64,000 bases of DNA, taken from contig CAYZIY010000002.1 of the NCBI GenBank assembly GCA_964478715.1, positions 35,179-99,178 of the forward strand. Reading direction: 5' to 3'. Source of the stretch: an uncultured Planctomycetales bacterium (GTDB lineage: Bacteria; Omnitrophota; Gorgyraeia; Zapsychrales; JBDRMG01). How positions within the stretch are numbered: position 1 is the stretch's first letter; each line of letters starts with the position of its first letter. The translations under genes were made by a program, and so were the position numbers. This document shows positions 43,784 to 53,889 of the stretch, piece after piece. Under the pieces are notes generated by a model, which did not search any database, was not told where the DNA came from, and was given only the letters and a program-made list of their open reading frames with translations.

Positions 43784-44599
43784 ATGATCCGCAAGCCGTC
43801 TGCAGCCGGTACGTTTTATTCGCATAACAAAACACAGCTGGAAAGAGAGATTCAATTATTGTTTGAGGAATGTTCATCTCTGAATCCCGGCAGTGCTCGT
43901 GGTGCTATATGTCCGCACGCCGGTTATCAGTTTTCCGGAGCGGTGGCCGCCAGCACTTTAAAAAGTTGTAACCTAAAGAAGCACATTATTTTAGTTGGTC
44001 CTAATCACACAGGCAGGGGAGCTTTTTTCAGTATTATGCCTCAGGGCCGCTGGATGACGCCTCTTGCAGAGGTAGGGATAAACTCGGATATGGCTGAGGC
44101 GTTTTTGAATCATTCCCGTTGCCTTGAAGCGGATCAAGAAGCCCATCGGTTTGAGCACTGCTTGGAGGTCCTTGTGCCTCTGCTTCAATATTTATCCGAT
44201 GATTTCACCATCGTGCCAATTCTTGTTTCTACAGCTAATGAGGAAGTATATCGCGATATATCTTTAAGTATAAGTCAATCTGTTAAAGACTTGCAGATGG
44301 AAAATGAAGTTTTTATTATTGCTTCTTCGGATATGTCTCATTATGTTTCTCAACAGGAAGCGAAGAAACTTGATCGCATGGCTGTTGAAGCCATGCTGCA
44401 ATTAGATTCGAAGCAGCTTTCCGATAAAGTCATAAATCATCATATCAGCATGTGCGGTGTGTCAGCCGCGTGTATCTGTTTGCAAGCTGTTAAGGATCTA
44501 GGAGCTACAAAAGCTGAACTTATTGACTATAGAACAAGCGGCCAGGTTACGGGTGATTATGATTCCGTGGTGGGTTATGCGGGTATTAAATTCATATAA
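43784..44599 (+). CDS. AmmeMemoRadiSam system protein B (Memo1 family)
   Basis: 271 aa; GTFY...CPHAGYQFSG N-terminal signature. Confidence 0.7.
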   Translation: MIRKPSAAGTFYSHNKTQLEREIQLLFEECSSLNPGSARGAICPHAGYQFSGAVAASTLKSCNLKKHIILVGPNHTGRGAFFSIMPQGRWMTPLAEVGINSDMAEAFLNHSRCLEADQEAHRFEHCLEVLVPLLQYLSDDFTIVPILVSTANEEVYRDISLSISQSVKDLQMENEVFIIASSDMSHYVSQQEAKKLDRMAVEAMLQLDSKQLSDKVINHHISMCGVSAACICLQAVKDLGATKAELIDYRTSGQVTGDYDSVVGYAGIKFI

Positions 44600-44611
44600 A
44601 TAGGAGGGCAC

Positions 44612-44989
44612 ATGACACAGGAAAAAGACGTGGATGAATCATGGAAAGAATCGATTGAGAACCCAAGAGAAAAAGGAGAAGGTCCTGGCCAAACAATCGG
44701 CCCTGAAAGAATCGGGTCGCAGGATCATCAAGTCAATTTTATCGGCTATATAACGAGTCTGGTGTACCAAGTCATGATTTTTCTAGGAGATATACCCAGC
44801 CCCATCGATAATAAGACCGAGAAGAATCTTCCCCAGGCTAAGCTTCTGATCGATACCTTGGTTATGCTTAGAGACAAAACGAAAAATAATCTGGATAAGC
44901 AGGAGGAAGATTCGATCAACCAGATGATATATGAAATTCAAATGCGTTATGTTGATGTGTCTGAGAAGAAAGGGAGGCCAAATGATTGA
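44612..44989 (+). CDS. hypothetical protein (DUF1844-like)
   Basis: 125-aa ORF with good coding character; family assignment uncertain. Confidence 0.4.
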   Translation: MTQEKDVDESWKESIENPREKGEGPGQTIGPERIGSQDHQVNFIGYITSLVYQVMIFLGDIPSPIDNKTEKNLPQAKLLIDTLVMLRDKTKNNLDKQEEDSINQMIYEIQMRYVDVSEKKGRPND

Positions 44990-45140
44990 TAAGACCTTGT
45001 TGGATATTTTAGCTTGTCCGGTATGCAAAGCGGATGTGGAACTTAAGGACAATAAGATATGTTGCAAAAAATGCGGAAAAAAATATCCGATTAAAGACGG
45101 TATTCCTATTATGCTAATTGAGGATGCCGAAAATCCCTAA
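44982..45140 (+). CDS. Trm112 family small zinc-ribbon protein
   Basis: 52 aa; [11 protein letters not shown]...[19 protein letters not shown]; AGGGAGG SD; the ATG overlaps the upstream stop. Confidence 0.7.
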   Translation: MIDKTLLDILACPVCKADVELKDNKICCKKCGKKYPIKDGIPIMLIEDAENP

Positions 45141-45166
45141 AGTTTATTTTTGATAAGGAGGATATC

Positions 45167-45604
45167 TTGAAAAAGATACTTGTTATTCATGGCCCGAATC
45201 TGGATTTACTTGGTAACCGCGAAAATGATATCTATGGACAAACGACTCTCAGTGAAATCAACGATTCTTTAAGTCAATATGCTGGAAACAACGGATTGCA
45301 GATTGAATTTCTTCAGAGCAATCACGAAGGAGAGATTGTTGATTTTATTGGTCAGGCAAAGAGAAATGGATTTAATGCGATTCTTGTCAATCCGGCCGCT
45401 TATACTCATACTAGCGTGGCTATCCGAGATGCGATTGCTGCTGTCGATTTACCGGCGGTCGAAGTGCATTTATCCAATATCTACGGTCGGGAAGAGTTTC
45501 GTCACACCTCACTCATTGCTCCTGTATGCACAGGGCAGATCAGCGGTTTTGGAGCGTATAGCTATTTATTGGGTCTTCAGGCACTCATTCCATTGTTGAA
45601 ATAA
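45167..45604 (+). CDS. aroQ: type II 3-dehydroquinate dehydratase
   Basis: [16 protein letters not shown]...; TTG start preceded by AAGGAGG. Confidence 0.85.
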   Translation: MKKILVIHGPNLDLLGNRENDIYGQTTLSEINDSLSQYAGNNGLQIEFLQSNHEGEIVDFIGQAKRNGFNAILVNPAAYTHTSVAIRDAIAAVDLPAVEVHLSNIYGREEFRHTSLIAPVCTGQISGFGAYSYLLGLQALIPLLK

Positions 45605-45629
45605 ATCTTACAGCGAAAGAACTTTCTAA

Positions 45630-46682
45630 ATGAATTCCCGGATAAGAAAGTATATTAACTTGATGCACGCCAAGGATTTGGAAGCTTGCCTGGTTTGCGA
45701 TGATGTCAATATTAGCTATCTGACTGGATTTCCGTCAAGGGAATCCTGGCTTCTCATTACCTCCGAAAAAGTCTGTTACATCACCGATTTTCGTTATTAT
45801 CTCGAAGCTAAAAAGCATCTTAAGGGCATAACGGTTTTTCGTTACCGAGATTCCATTTCTATGTCTGTTGGCCAGCTTATGAAAAAAAACGGAGTTTCTC
45901 GGATCGGATACGATTCCCGACATTTAACCTGTTATGCCTTCAGAAAACTTAAAAAGGATGATCCGCCAAAAACCAAATGGATTATTGCTGATCACTTGGT
46001 AGAAACTTTAAGAGACATTAAGGAACCCAGCGAGATCAGATTGATCAAGAAGGCGGTCGATTTGAATCTCAAGGCATTTAATTACATCGGTTCTGTGATA
46101 GAGCCGGGAATGACGGAAAAACAAATCTTATTGAAACTGGAATATTTTGTAAGAAATCATCAGGCATCTTTTGCTTTTCCCCCGATTATTGCCTCAGGTT
46201 CCAACAGCTGTCTTCCTCATGCTCAAGTGTCGGACAGAAAACTTCGGAAAAATGATATTTTATTAATAGATATGGGTATTAATATTAGTGGTTATAAATC
46301 CGACTTGACACGCATGTTTTTTTTGGGTAAAATACCAAATCTTATTCGAGAAATTACTTCTTTTGTGCGGGAATCGCAAAGAAAAGCCATAAGGTCTATC
46401 AGACCCGGGTGCAGGGCAAAAGACATTGACTTTGCCGCACGAAAGTATTTGAAAAGTAAGAAATTAGAGAAATATTTCGGTCATTCACTGGGTCATGGCG
46501 TAGGCCTTCAAGTACATGAAAGCCCCGCGATTTCTTCATGGAATTCTGAAATTTTGAAAGAGGGCATGGTTTTTACGATTGAACCGGCAGTTTATATTCC
46601 TCAGCAGTTCGGAATTCGAATCGAAGATATGGTTCATGTGACACAAAATGGCGTTGAGGTTTTAAGTGACCATCTCCATTAA
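45630..46682 (+). CDS. M24 family Xaa-Pro aminopeptidase
   Basis: 350 aa; C-terminal pita-bread metal-ligand blocks (HSLGHGVG, VFTIEPAVY). Confidence 0.8.
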   Translation: MNSRIRKYINLMHAKDLEACLVCDDVNISYLTGFPSRESWLLITSEKVCYITDFRYYLEAKKHLKGITVFRYRDSISMSVGQLMKKNGVSRIGYDSRHLTCYAFRKLKKDDPPKTKWIIADHLVETLRDIKEPSEIRLIKKAVDLNLKAFNYIGSVIEPGMTEKQILLKLEYFVRNHQASFAFPPIIASGSNSCLPHAQVSDRKLRKNDILLIDMGINISGYKSDLTRMFFLGKIPNLIREITSFVRESQRKAIRSIRPGCRAKDIDFAARKYLKSKKLEKYFGHSLGHGVGLQVHESPAISSWNSEILKEGMVFTIEPAVYIPQQFGIRIEDMVHVTQNGVEVLSDHLH

Positions 46683-47232
46683 CCAGATAACCTCCGGAAT
46701 GGGTCTGAAGCTTGATAACAATATTTATGTTGTCAGTGAATACCACCATGTGAAACCCGGCAAGGGCAGCGCTTTTGTGCGGGTTAAGCTCAAGAATCTC
46801 AAAACAGATCTTACCATTGATAGGACCTTTAAATCTGCCGACAAGCTGGAAGACGTTTTCCTCGATGAGAAAAAGCTTCAGTATCTTTATCGCTCTAGCC
46901 AGACTCTTCACCTTATGGATCAGGAAACTTTTGAGCAGTGTACGATTTCCATTGATGAGCTAGGGGAGCAATTCAATTATTTACAGGATAATCTTGAGCT
47001 GAGCGCTATTTTTTGTGACCATAAATTGCAGAAAGTCCTGCTGCCTAATTTCATTAAGGCAAAAATCATCGAAACAGAACCGGGCTTTAAAGGCGATACC
47101 GCGAAGTCCGGGACAAAACCGGCTACCATCGATGCCGGAGCTACTGTGCAAGTACCATTGTTTATTAATCAGGGAGATTGGATTAAGCTGGACGTCAGAA
47201 CGGGGACTTATGTTGAAAGGATTCAAAAATGA
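46666..47232 (+). CDS. efp: elongation factor P
   Basis: HVKPGKGSAFVRVKLKNLKT. Confidence 0.9.
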   Translation: MTISINQITSGMGLKLDNNIYVVSEYHHVKPGKGSAFVRVKLKNLKTDLTIDRTFKSADKLEDVFLDEKKLQYLYRSSQTLHLMDQETFEQCTISIDELGEQFNYLQDNLELSAIFCDHKLQKVLLPNFIKAKIIETEPGFKGDTAKSGTKPATIDAGATVQVPLFINQGDWIKLDVRTGTYVERIQK

Positions 47233-47693
47233 ATTTAAAAGAAATTAAAGAAATAATAAGTTTGATGAATGAAAACGGCTTAAGTGAAATCGAACTTGAA
47301 AGAGAGGGTATGAAAGTCAAGATTCGAAAGAATGTATCGGAAAGCTCTCTCCAGAATCTACCGGAAATTCCGCCGCAGTATCACGTCGAGTCTGCTCCCG
47401 TTCTCAGCCCTTCGCCTGTATCAGCATCCGCTCAAGGACCAGCAGAAAAAAATACCAAAGATATCACCTCTCCCATGGTAGGAACTTTTTACCGGGCACC
47501 TTCGCCCGAATCGGCGTCTTATGTGGAGGTGGGGCAGATTGTGGAAATCGGACAGGTTGTTTGTATTGTTGAGGCCATGAAGTTGATGAACGAGATCAAA
47601 TCAGAAGTTCGCGGTAAGGTTAAGGAGATTCCTATAGAAAATGCCCAGCCCGTTGAGTTTGGTCAAGTCTTATTTGTTATTGAATCCGTCTAG
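47229..47693 (+). CDS. accB: acetyl-CoA carboxylase biotin carboxyl carrier protein
   Basis: EAMKLMNEI biotinylation motif. Confidence 0.9.
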   Translation: MNLKEIKEIISLMNENGLSEIELEREGMKVKIRKNVSESSLQNLPEIPPQYHVESAPVLSPSPVSASAQGPAEKNTKDITSPMVGTFYRAPSPESASYVEVGQIVEIGQVVCIVEAMKLMNEIKSEVRGKVKEIPIENAQPVEFGQVLFVIESV

Positions 47694-47696
47694 CGT

Positions 47697-49055
47697 ATGT
47701 TTTCAAAAGTTCTTATAGCCAATCGAGGAGAAATTGCATTACGCGTAATTCGCGCCTGTCGAGAGATGGGAATAGCGACAGTCGCTGTTTATTCAGAAGC
47801 TGATCGAAATTCTCTCCATGTTCGGTTTGCCGATGAGGCCGTTTGTATCGGCAAGGCCACCAGCAAGGATAGTTATCTTAATATTCCGGCCATTATTTCG
47901 GCTGCAGAAATTACGGATGTTGAAGCCATTCATCCTGGATACGGATTTTTGGCTGAAAATGCTCACTTTGCCGAAATATGCCAGTCGTGTCATATTAATT
48001 TCATCGGCCCAACGCCTTATTCCATAAATTTGATGGGTGATAAAATTATGGCCCGAGATGCCGTAAAAAAAATCGGTGTGCCTGTTACTCCGGGAACGAC
48101 CAATGCCATCGCAACAAAAGAAGAAGCCTTAAAGATCGCTAAGAAAATTAAGTATCCGGTTATCATCAAAGCCGCGGCCGGTGGCGGTGGTAAAGGGATG
48201 AGGGTTTGCCACAACGACATCAGTTTAATGAGTTCGTTTACGATGGCTCAGAATGAAGCAGAAGCTAATTTCGGTAACGGAGCTGTTTACATTGAGAAAT
48301 ACGTTGCCGATCCGAGACACATTGAATTTCAAATTTTAGCTGACAAGCAAGGCCATATTATACACCTGGGTGAACGAGATTGCAGCATTCAGCGCAGGCA
48401 TCAGAAATTGTTGGAAGAATCACCTTCTGCGGTTCTTAATGCGAGATTAAGAAAGAAGATGGGGGACGCAGCGATAAAGGCCGCCAAGGCTGCAAAATAT
48501 CATGGAGCGGGAACGGTAGAATTTCTCTTAGCTAGCGGCGGTTTGTTTTATTTTCTTGAAATGAATACACGCGTGCAGGTTGAGCATCCCGTAACCGAAA
48601 TGGTAACCGGGATCGATATAGTAAAAGAACAGATTCGTATAGCGGCTGGCGAAAAACTGAAAGTCAAGCAAGATGCAATCCAGCTGAAAGGCGCGGCTGT
48701 TGAATGTCGAATCAATGCGGAAGACCCGGACAATAATTTTATCCCTTCACCGGGGAAAATCGAAGAGTTAAATCTGCCCGGAGGTCCAGGGGTACGTATT
48801 GACACACATATTTATCCGGGATACATGATCAGCCCTTATTATGATTCCATGGTTGCCAAATTGATCACCTATGGCCGCAATCGCCAGGAGGCTATTGCGA
48901 TCATGCGACGGGCTCTGGATGAATTCTATATCAGCCCGATCAAGACAACGATCGGTTTGCATTCGCGCATAATGAATCATCCGCTGTTTGTCAAAGGTAC
49001 TTTCTCGACGCATTTCCTTGAGAAAAATGATTTAAGAAAAAAGAAGGAGGAATAA
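47697..49055 (+). CDS. accC: acetyl-CoA carboxylase biotin carboxylase subunit
   Basis: 452 aa; ATP-grasp fold and biotin carboxylase C-terminal domain. Confidence 0.93.
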   Translation: MFSKVLIANRGEIALRVIRACREMGIATVAVYSEADRNSLHVRFADEAVCIGKATSKDSYLNIPAIISAAEITDVEAIHPGYGFLAENAHFAEICQSCHINFIGPTPYSINLMGDKIMARDAVKKIGVPVTPGTTNAIATKEEALKIAKKIKYPVIIKAAAGGGGKGMRVCHNDISLMSSFTMAQNEAEANFGNGAVYIEKYVADPRHIEFQILADKQGHIIHLGERDCSIQRRHQKLLEESPSAVLNARLRKKMGDAAIKAAKAAKYHGAGTVEFLLASGGLFYFLEMNTRVQVEHPVTEMVTGIDIVKEQIRIAAGEKLKVKQDAIQLKGAAVECRINAEDPDNNFIPSPGKIEELNLPGGPGVRIDTHIYPGYMISPYYDSMVAKLITYGRNRQEAIAIMRRALDEFYISPIKTTIGLHSRIMNHPLFVKGTFSTHFLEKNDLRKKKEE

Positions 49056-49059
49056 TTTC

Positions 49060-49416
49060 GTGAGCGAAGAAAACAAAATTAATTTCGGATCAATACAAAT
49101 ACACAAGAAAGTTCTTGCCGATATTGCATCCACGGCCATTGAAGAAATCGATGGCGTCCATTTGAGGGACGCTGAATTTTCTTCTTTCTTCAGAAATCTC
49201 TTTAACCGGCAGAGTTCGTCCGGTGTTCGCGTTTCGGTTGACAGCGATAATCAGGTTTCGATTGAAGTCAAAATCACCGTCAAATACGGTTTGAATATTC
49301 CCGATATCGCAGGCCAGGTGCAAGAGAAGATTCGTACCAACGTGGAAAGAACAGCTGATGTTATGCTCAAAGACGTACATGTTAATATTCAAGGGATCGA
49401 GAGGGGGAACACATGA
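49060..49416 (+). CDS. Asp23/Gls24 family envelope stress protein
   Basis: 118 aa; GTG start; sits after accBC, as B. subtilis yqhY does. Confidence 0.75.
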   Translation: MSEENKINFGSIQIHKKVLADIASTAIEEIDGVHLRDAEFSSFFRNLFNRQSSSGVRVSVDSDNQVSIEVKITVKYGLNIPDIAGQVQEKIRTNVERTADVMLKDVHVNIQGIERGNT

Positions 49417-50027
49417 GATTATTTACGCGTTTTGCCATTTTGTTTTATGTTGCGGTGATATCCATCGTCTGCGGCTGTATCATATTATTTGCCACTCGAA
49501 CGATTCAACTGGATGAGGTTTTTCATTATCTGATCCTTATTTACGAAGATCCCGTTATCAATCTGATTACGATTGGATCCAGTTTACTGGTTGTTCTTTT
49601 CAGTTTTCTTTTTGCCCGCATTGTTTATGGGAGCCAGCAAAAGGAAAAAAATATTGCTTTCGATAATCCTTCTGGGAGAGTGAGTGTGTCATTGGGAGCC
49701 GTAGAGGATCTTGTCCGTCGTATGATCCAAAAAGTTGAGGAGGTCAAGGAAGTCCGGCCCAGCATCATTGCTTCCAAAAAGGGTATCGAGATTGAATCAC
49801 GTTTGGTTCTTCGAAGTGATGTTAATATTCCTCAGATGACCTCTCGCCTGCAGGATATGGTCAAAAATAAGATTCAGGAGATTTTGGGTATTGAAGAGTC
49901 TGTTCATGTGAGAATCCATATCGTTAAGATTATCAATGAGCAACCGAAGGCGAAAGCCAAGAAAAAAATTGAAGAGAAAAAAGAGGAAGAAGAGCCGGCC
50001 GTTCCATTTCAAGGTTATCGTAATTAA
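49413..50027 (+). CDS. membrane protein, possible Asp23 membrane-anchor (AmaP-like)
   Basis: Two N-terminal TM helices followed by a charged C-terminal domain; assignment rests only on adjacency to the Asp23 gene. Confidence 0.35.
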   Translation: MRLFTRFAILFYVAVISIVCGCIILFATRTIQLDEVFHYLILIYEDPVINLITIGSSLLVVLFSFLFARIVYGSQQKEKNIAFDNPSGRVSVSLGAVEDLVRRMIQKVEEVKEVRPSIIASKKGIEIESRLVLRSDVNIPQMTSRLQDMVKNKIQEILGIEESVHVRIHIVKIINEQPKAKAKKKIEEKKEEEEPAVPFQGYRN

Positions 50028-50040
50028 GAAGGATCGCTTT

Positions 50041-51081
50041 ATGAAAAAAATTGGAATCTTAACTGGCGGGGCCGATTGTCCAGGTCTTAATTCTGTGATC
50101 AGAGCTGTTGTTCGGAAAAGCCTGCAAGAAGGTTATGTCGTGACCGGAGTTAAGAATGGCTGGGAGGGCTTAATCGACAATGATATGCGCATATTGGACT
50201 TAAAGGCTACATCTGGAATTTTGGATCGCGGCGGTACCATTTTGGGGACAAGTCGTATCAGTCCTCTCAATGACCAAAGCAGCATTAAGAAAATTGCTCA
50301 AAATTTTAAGCGCAGCGGTATTGATGCGCTCATCGTTGTAGGCGGAGAAGATACGTTTAAAATAGCTTATCAGTTACACGCCAAGAATGTAATAAAAGTG
50401 GTTGGAGTTCCCAAATCAATCGATAATGCTCTCAACGGGACCGATTATGCTTTCGGATTTGATACAGCCGTCAATGTGGCCACAGAATGCATAGATAGGC
50501 TTCATACGACGGCTGAAAGTCATCACCGGATTATTGTAGTTGAAGTTATGGGCCGGTTTACAGGCTGGATTGCCCTGGAGGCAGGTTTAGCCGGCGGAGC
50601 AGACATTATTTTAATCCCCGAGTTTCCAGTTAATATGGATGAAATTTGTCAGGCTATCCGCTCCCGGCATAAACGAGGCAAGACATTTAGTATCGTGGTT
50701 GTTTCCGAAGGAGTTATTCTAGATGCCCGCGAACGTTCTGAAAAAGCGCTACAGCAAAACGTGGATGCCTTTGGGAATCGAAGATTCGGCGGGATCGGTG
50801 AATTAATCGGTAAGACAATCGCCTCCAAAACTTCTTATGAAACCCGCGTTAGTGTTTTGGGGCATATCCAACGAGGCGGAACGCCTTCAGCCTATGACCG
50901 CGTTATAGGGACACGTTTTGGTGTTGAGGCCGTGGAAATGGTTAAGGCCAATCAAATGGGCAAGATGGTCAGTTTACATAATAATAAGCTCAGATGCGTT
51001 GATATCAAAGAAACACAGATCAAACGCAAAACGGTCGATATTGAACTCTACAATTTAGCCAGGGTGTTTTTTGCGGAATAA
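50041..51081 (+). CDS. pfkA: 6-phosphofructokinase, PPi-type signature residues
   Basis: Start trimmed to MKKIGILTGGADCPGLN; GGEDT and GVPKSIDN carry the Asp and Lys that replace the Gly pair of ATP-dependent PFKs. Confidence 0.85.
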   Translation: MKKIGILTGGADCPGLNSVIRAVVRKSLQEGYVVTGVKNGWEGLIDNDMRILDLKATSGILDRGGTILGTSRISPLNDQSSIKKIAQNFKRSGIDALIVVGGEDTFKIAYQLHAKNVIKVVGVPKSIDNALNGTDYAFGFDTAVNVATECIDRLHTTAESHHRIIVVEVMGRFTGWIALEAGLAGGADIILIPEFPVNMDEICQAIRSRHKRGKTFSIVVVSEGVILDARERSEKALQQNVDAFGNRRFGGIGELIGKTIASKTSYETRVSVLGHIQRGGTPSAYDRVIGTRFGVEAVEMVKANQMGKMVSLHNNKLRCVDIKETQIKRKTVDIELYNLARVFFAE

Positions 51082-51084
51082 ATA

Positions 51085-51657
51085 ATGAAAAAGCAGATAA
51101 CGAAAATATTTCATGATTCTTGTCGGGTCTGCGACGAGACGCTTAAGAATAATCTGGATAGCATAGCCTTTATGGCCAAGGAATTGATTAAGGTACTTAA
51201 GCGAAAGAAGAAGATTGTGATTTTCGGCAACGGGGGATCGGCTGCCGACAGCCAACATATAGCGGCCGAATTAATCGGACGTTTCAAAAGAGAACGCCGC
51301 AGTCTTCCTGCGATTTCCTTGACTACAGATACGTCGATTTTGACGGCTTTGGGTAATGATTATGGGTTTGATATTGTCTTCGCCCGACAGCTGGAAGGCC
51401 TAGCCGTTAAAGGTGATGCAGTGATCGCTATCTCTACTAGCGGTCATTCCCGTAATGTAATTGAGGCGGTTAAGCAGGCAAAAAAAATGGAGATGAAGGT
51501 TTTTGCCTTTACCGGTTGCAAAGGCGGACGTTTGGCCAAGCTATGCGATGCCAGCTTGATTGTCCCTTCTTATGATACCGCGCGTATCCAGGAAGCCCAT
51601 ATCGTGACCGCTCATGCCATTGTCGATATAATTGAAGAGGCTTTTTACCGAAAGTGA
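51085..51657 (+). CDS. gmhA: D-sedoheptulose 7-phosphate isomerase (SIS domain)
   Basis: 190-aa SIS protein with heptose-pathway neighbours. Confidence 0.75.
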   Translation: MKKQITKIFHDSCRVCDETLKNNLDSIAFMAKELIKVLKRKKKIVIFGNGGSAADSQHIAAELIGRFKRERRSLPAISLTTDTSILTALGNDYGFDIVFARQLEGLAVKGDAVIAISTSGHSRNVIEAVKQAKKMEMKVFAFTGCKGGRLAKLCDASLIVPSYDTARIQEAHIVTAHAIVDIIEEAFYRK

Positions 51658-52142
51658 ATTTCAAAAACAAGATAGTACCTCTTGGAAGTCTAAGACGAAA
51701 AGTTTCTCTGTTGAGACGGCAGAAAAAAAAGATTGCTTTTACCAATGGTTGTTTCGATATTTTGCATCGAGGTCATGTAGATTATTTGTTAAAGGCCAAG
51801 AAAAAAGATCGCGTTCTTATTGTGGCGGTTAACAGTGATCGTTCGGTGCGAGCTATTAAAGGAAAAAACAGGCCGATTGTTTCTGAAAATGATCGCGCTT
51901 TGATTATTGCCTCATTGGAATTTGTCGATTATGTTTTGATTTTTAATGAGCCTACTCCTTATCGGGTGATCAGCCTTTTAAAACCGGATGTTCTCATCAA
52001 GGGATCCGATTGGAAAACACAGGGAGCTGTGGGAGCGGAAGTTGTTCGAAAAAATAAAGGCCGCGTGGAGTATATTCCCTTGCTTAAAGGATATTCCACA
52101 ACCGGTTTAATAGAAAAGATTTTAAAGAGTGCAAAAAATTAG
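51654..52142 (+). CDS. D-glycero-beta-D-manno-heptose 1-phosphate adenylyltransferase (RfaE domain II-like cytidylyltransferase)
   Basis: AFTNGCFDILHRGHVDYL nucleotidyltransferase motif. Confidence 0.75.
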   Translation: MNFKNKIVPLGSLRRKVSLLRRQKKKIAFTNGCFDILHRGHVDYLLKAKKKDRVLIVAVNSDRSVRAIKGKNRPIVSENDRALIIASLEFVDYVLIFNEPTPYRVISLLKPDVLIKGSDWKTQGAVGAEVVRKNKGRVEYIPLLKGYSTTGLIEKILKSAKN

Positions 52143-52551
52143 GCAAGAAAAAATTATTCGAATTTTGGATGCAAATATCAATCGGGTTAAAGAAGCCTTA
52201 AGAGTTTGCGAAGATACGGCACGTTTTGTGCTTGGCAGTTCTTTGTTAACAAAAAAATTCAAGACTATCCGCCATGAAGTTTCCTCTTTGACTAATAGCT
52301 GGTCTCTCAAGAAAAAAGATATGCTTCAGTCTAGGGATGTCAAGTCGGATTGCGGAAAGGCCAGCGTGGCCACTGAGATGAAGCGCGAAACAGTGAGGGA
52401 TATATTTTTGGCCAATATTCAAAGAGCCAAGGAGTCGATTCGGGTGCTGGAGGAATTCACTAAGCTAATCAATAGCCAAGACGCTCAAAGATTCAAAGAA
52501 ATCCGTTATAAAATCTATCATCTCGAATATGAAGTCTATAAAAAATTGTAA
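52129..52551 (+). CDS. hypothetical protein upstream of and overlapping thiE (possible ThiE-associated N-terminal domain encoded separately)
   Basis: 140 aa; overlaps the thiE start by 23 nt; no motif I can recognise. Confidence 0.35.
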   Translation: MQKIRQEKIIRILDANINRVKEALRVCEDTARFVLGSSLLTKKFKTIRHEVSSLTNSWSLKKKDMLQSRDVKSDCGKASVATEMKRETVRDIFLANIQRAKESIRVLEEFTKLINSQDAQRFKEIRYKIYHLEYEVYKKL

Positions 52552-53149
52552 ACTCTACCTGATTCTGGATGCCGAAGTTGTTTCTTATAAAGAATTGCTC
52601 TCCGTAGCTCGTCGATCTCTTAAAGCTGGTGTAGGTATTATTCAAATCCGTGATAAAAAAGCCAGCGCAAGGGATTTGATTAATTTCTTTTTTTCTCTCA
52701 AAAGGATTGTTAAAAATCGAGTTCCCATTATTATCAATGATCGGTTGGATGTGGCCTGGGTCTGTAGAGCTGATGGCGTGCATCTCGGGCAGGAGGATAT
52801 CCCTGTTAGAAAGGCGAGAAGAATTCTCGGATCTTCGTTTTTAATCGGCTGCTCCTGTCAAAATATGGCTGCCGTCAAACGCGCTCAACACGATTCTGCC
52901 GATTATATCGGTTTCGGATCTGTTTTTCGAACTCTGACTAAACCCGAGCGCAAGCCTATGAATCTGAAATTGCTTTCAAAAGTTGTCCAGCAAGCCACCA
53001 TACCGGTTTTTGGTATCGGTGGTATCGGCCTGAACAATATTCACTTAGTGATTGATCATGGATGTAACCGGGTTGCTGTCTGTCGGGCTCTATGTAGAAG
53101 CAAGAAGGTTACGCAGAAAACAAGAAGCTTAATAAATTTATTGTCAAAT

Positions 53150-53170
<21 letters not shown>
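52529..53170 (+). CDS. thiE: thiamine-phosphate synthase
   Basis: LYLILD...IIQIRDK...INDRLDVAW...IGFGSVF...IPVFGIGGI; the annotated stop lies inside the tRNA-Gly. Confidence 0.8.
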
Positions 53171-53221
<51 letters not shown>

Positions 53222-53229
53222 TGGTTAAA

Positions 53230-53889
53230 ATGAGCAGGCAGAAATTCCTTTGGTATTTATTTTTAGTTTTCTGCGTGGGGTGCGCTACCGTAGAGGTTTC
53301 TCCGCGGGTAGCCAAAATTCCCAAGCCCAGAGAGGGTGTTTATCATAAAGTCAAAAAAGGCGAAACTCTTTGGCGCATTGCTAAAACATATGCTGTTGAT
53401 GTTGAGGATATCGTCATGAGCAACCGGATACCCAACGTAGCCTTTATCGAAACGGGACAATTGATTTTTGTTCCCGGAGCCAAAGAGTTGCGCGATGTTT
53501 ATACGGATCTTAAGGATATGGATCCCGAAGCTTTTCGCTGGCCGCTCAAAGGAGAAGTGATCTCTTATTTCGGTCAGAGAATGGCACTTGGCAAGAATCA
53601 GGGAATCGATATCCGGGCAAGACCCCAAGAGGTGGTAACGGCTTCGCGGGCCGGTAAAGTTGTTTTTGCGGATGAGCTCAGCGGCTACGCGAAGACGGTT
53701 ATTGTGGATCATTATGACGGCTATTATTCGGTTTATGCCAATAATGAGCGTTTGTTGGTTGATGTCAATCAGAAAATCGAGAAAGGGTTTCCTCTAGGAG
53801 AATTGGCCCAGGAATCATCCAAGGCTAAGCTGCATTTTGAGATTCGAAAGGGCGGATATCCGGATAACCCGCTTTATTATTTGCCATGA
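53230..53889 (+). CDS. LysM domain / M23 family peptidase (NlpD-like), probable lipoprotein
   Basis: Signal/lipobox-like LVFCVGC; LysM block (KVKKGETLWRIAKTYAV); M23 C-terminal HFEIRKGG. Confidence 0.8.
   Translation: MSRQKFLWYLFLVFCVGCATVEVSPRVAKIPKPREGVYHKVKKGETLWRIAKTYAVDVEDIVMSNRIPNVAFIETGQLIFVPGAKELRDVYTDLKDMDPEAFRWPLKGEVISYFGQRMALGKNQGIDIRARPQEVVTASRAGKVVFADELSGYAKTVIVDHYDGYYSVYANNERLLVDVNQKIEKGFPLGELAQESSKAKLHFEIRKGGYPDNPLYYLP

Noticed and set aside
52100-52140. Looked for a TPP riboswitch ahead of the thiE region
   Set aside because: No CUGAGA/GGGUG-type conserved elements are visible, and thiE sits inside a tightly packed operon.
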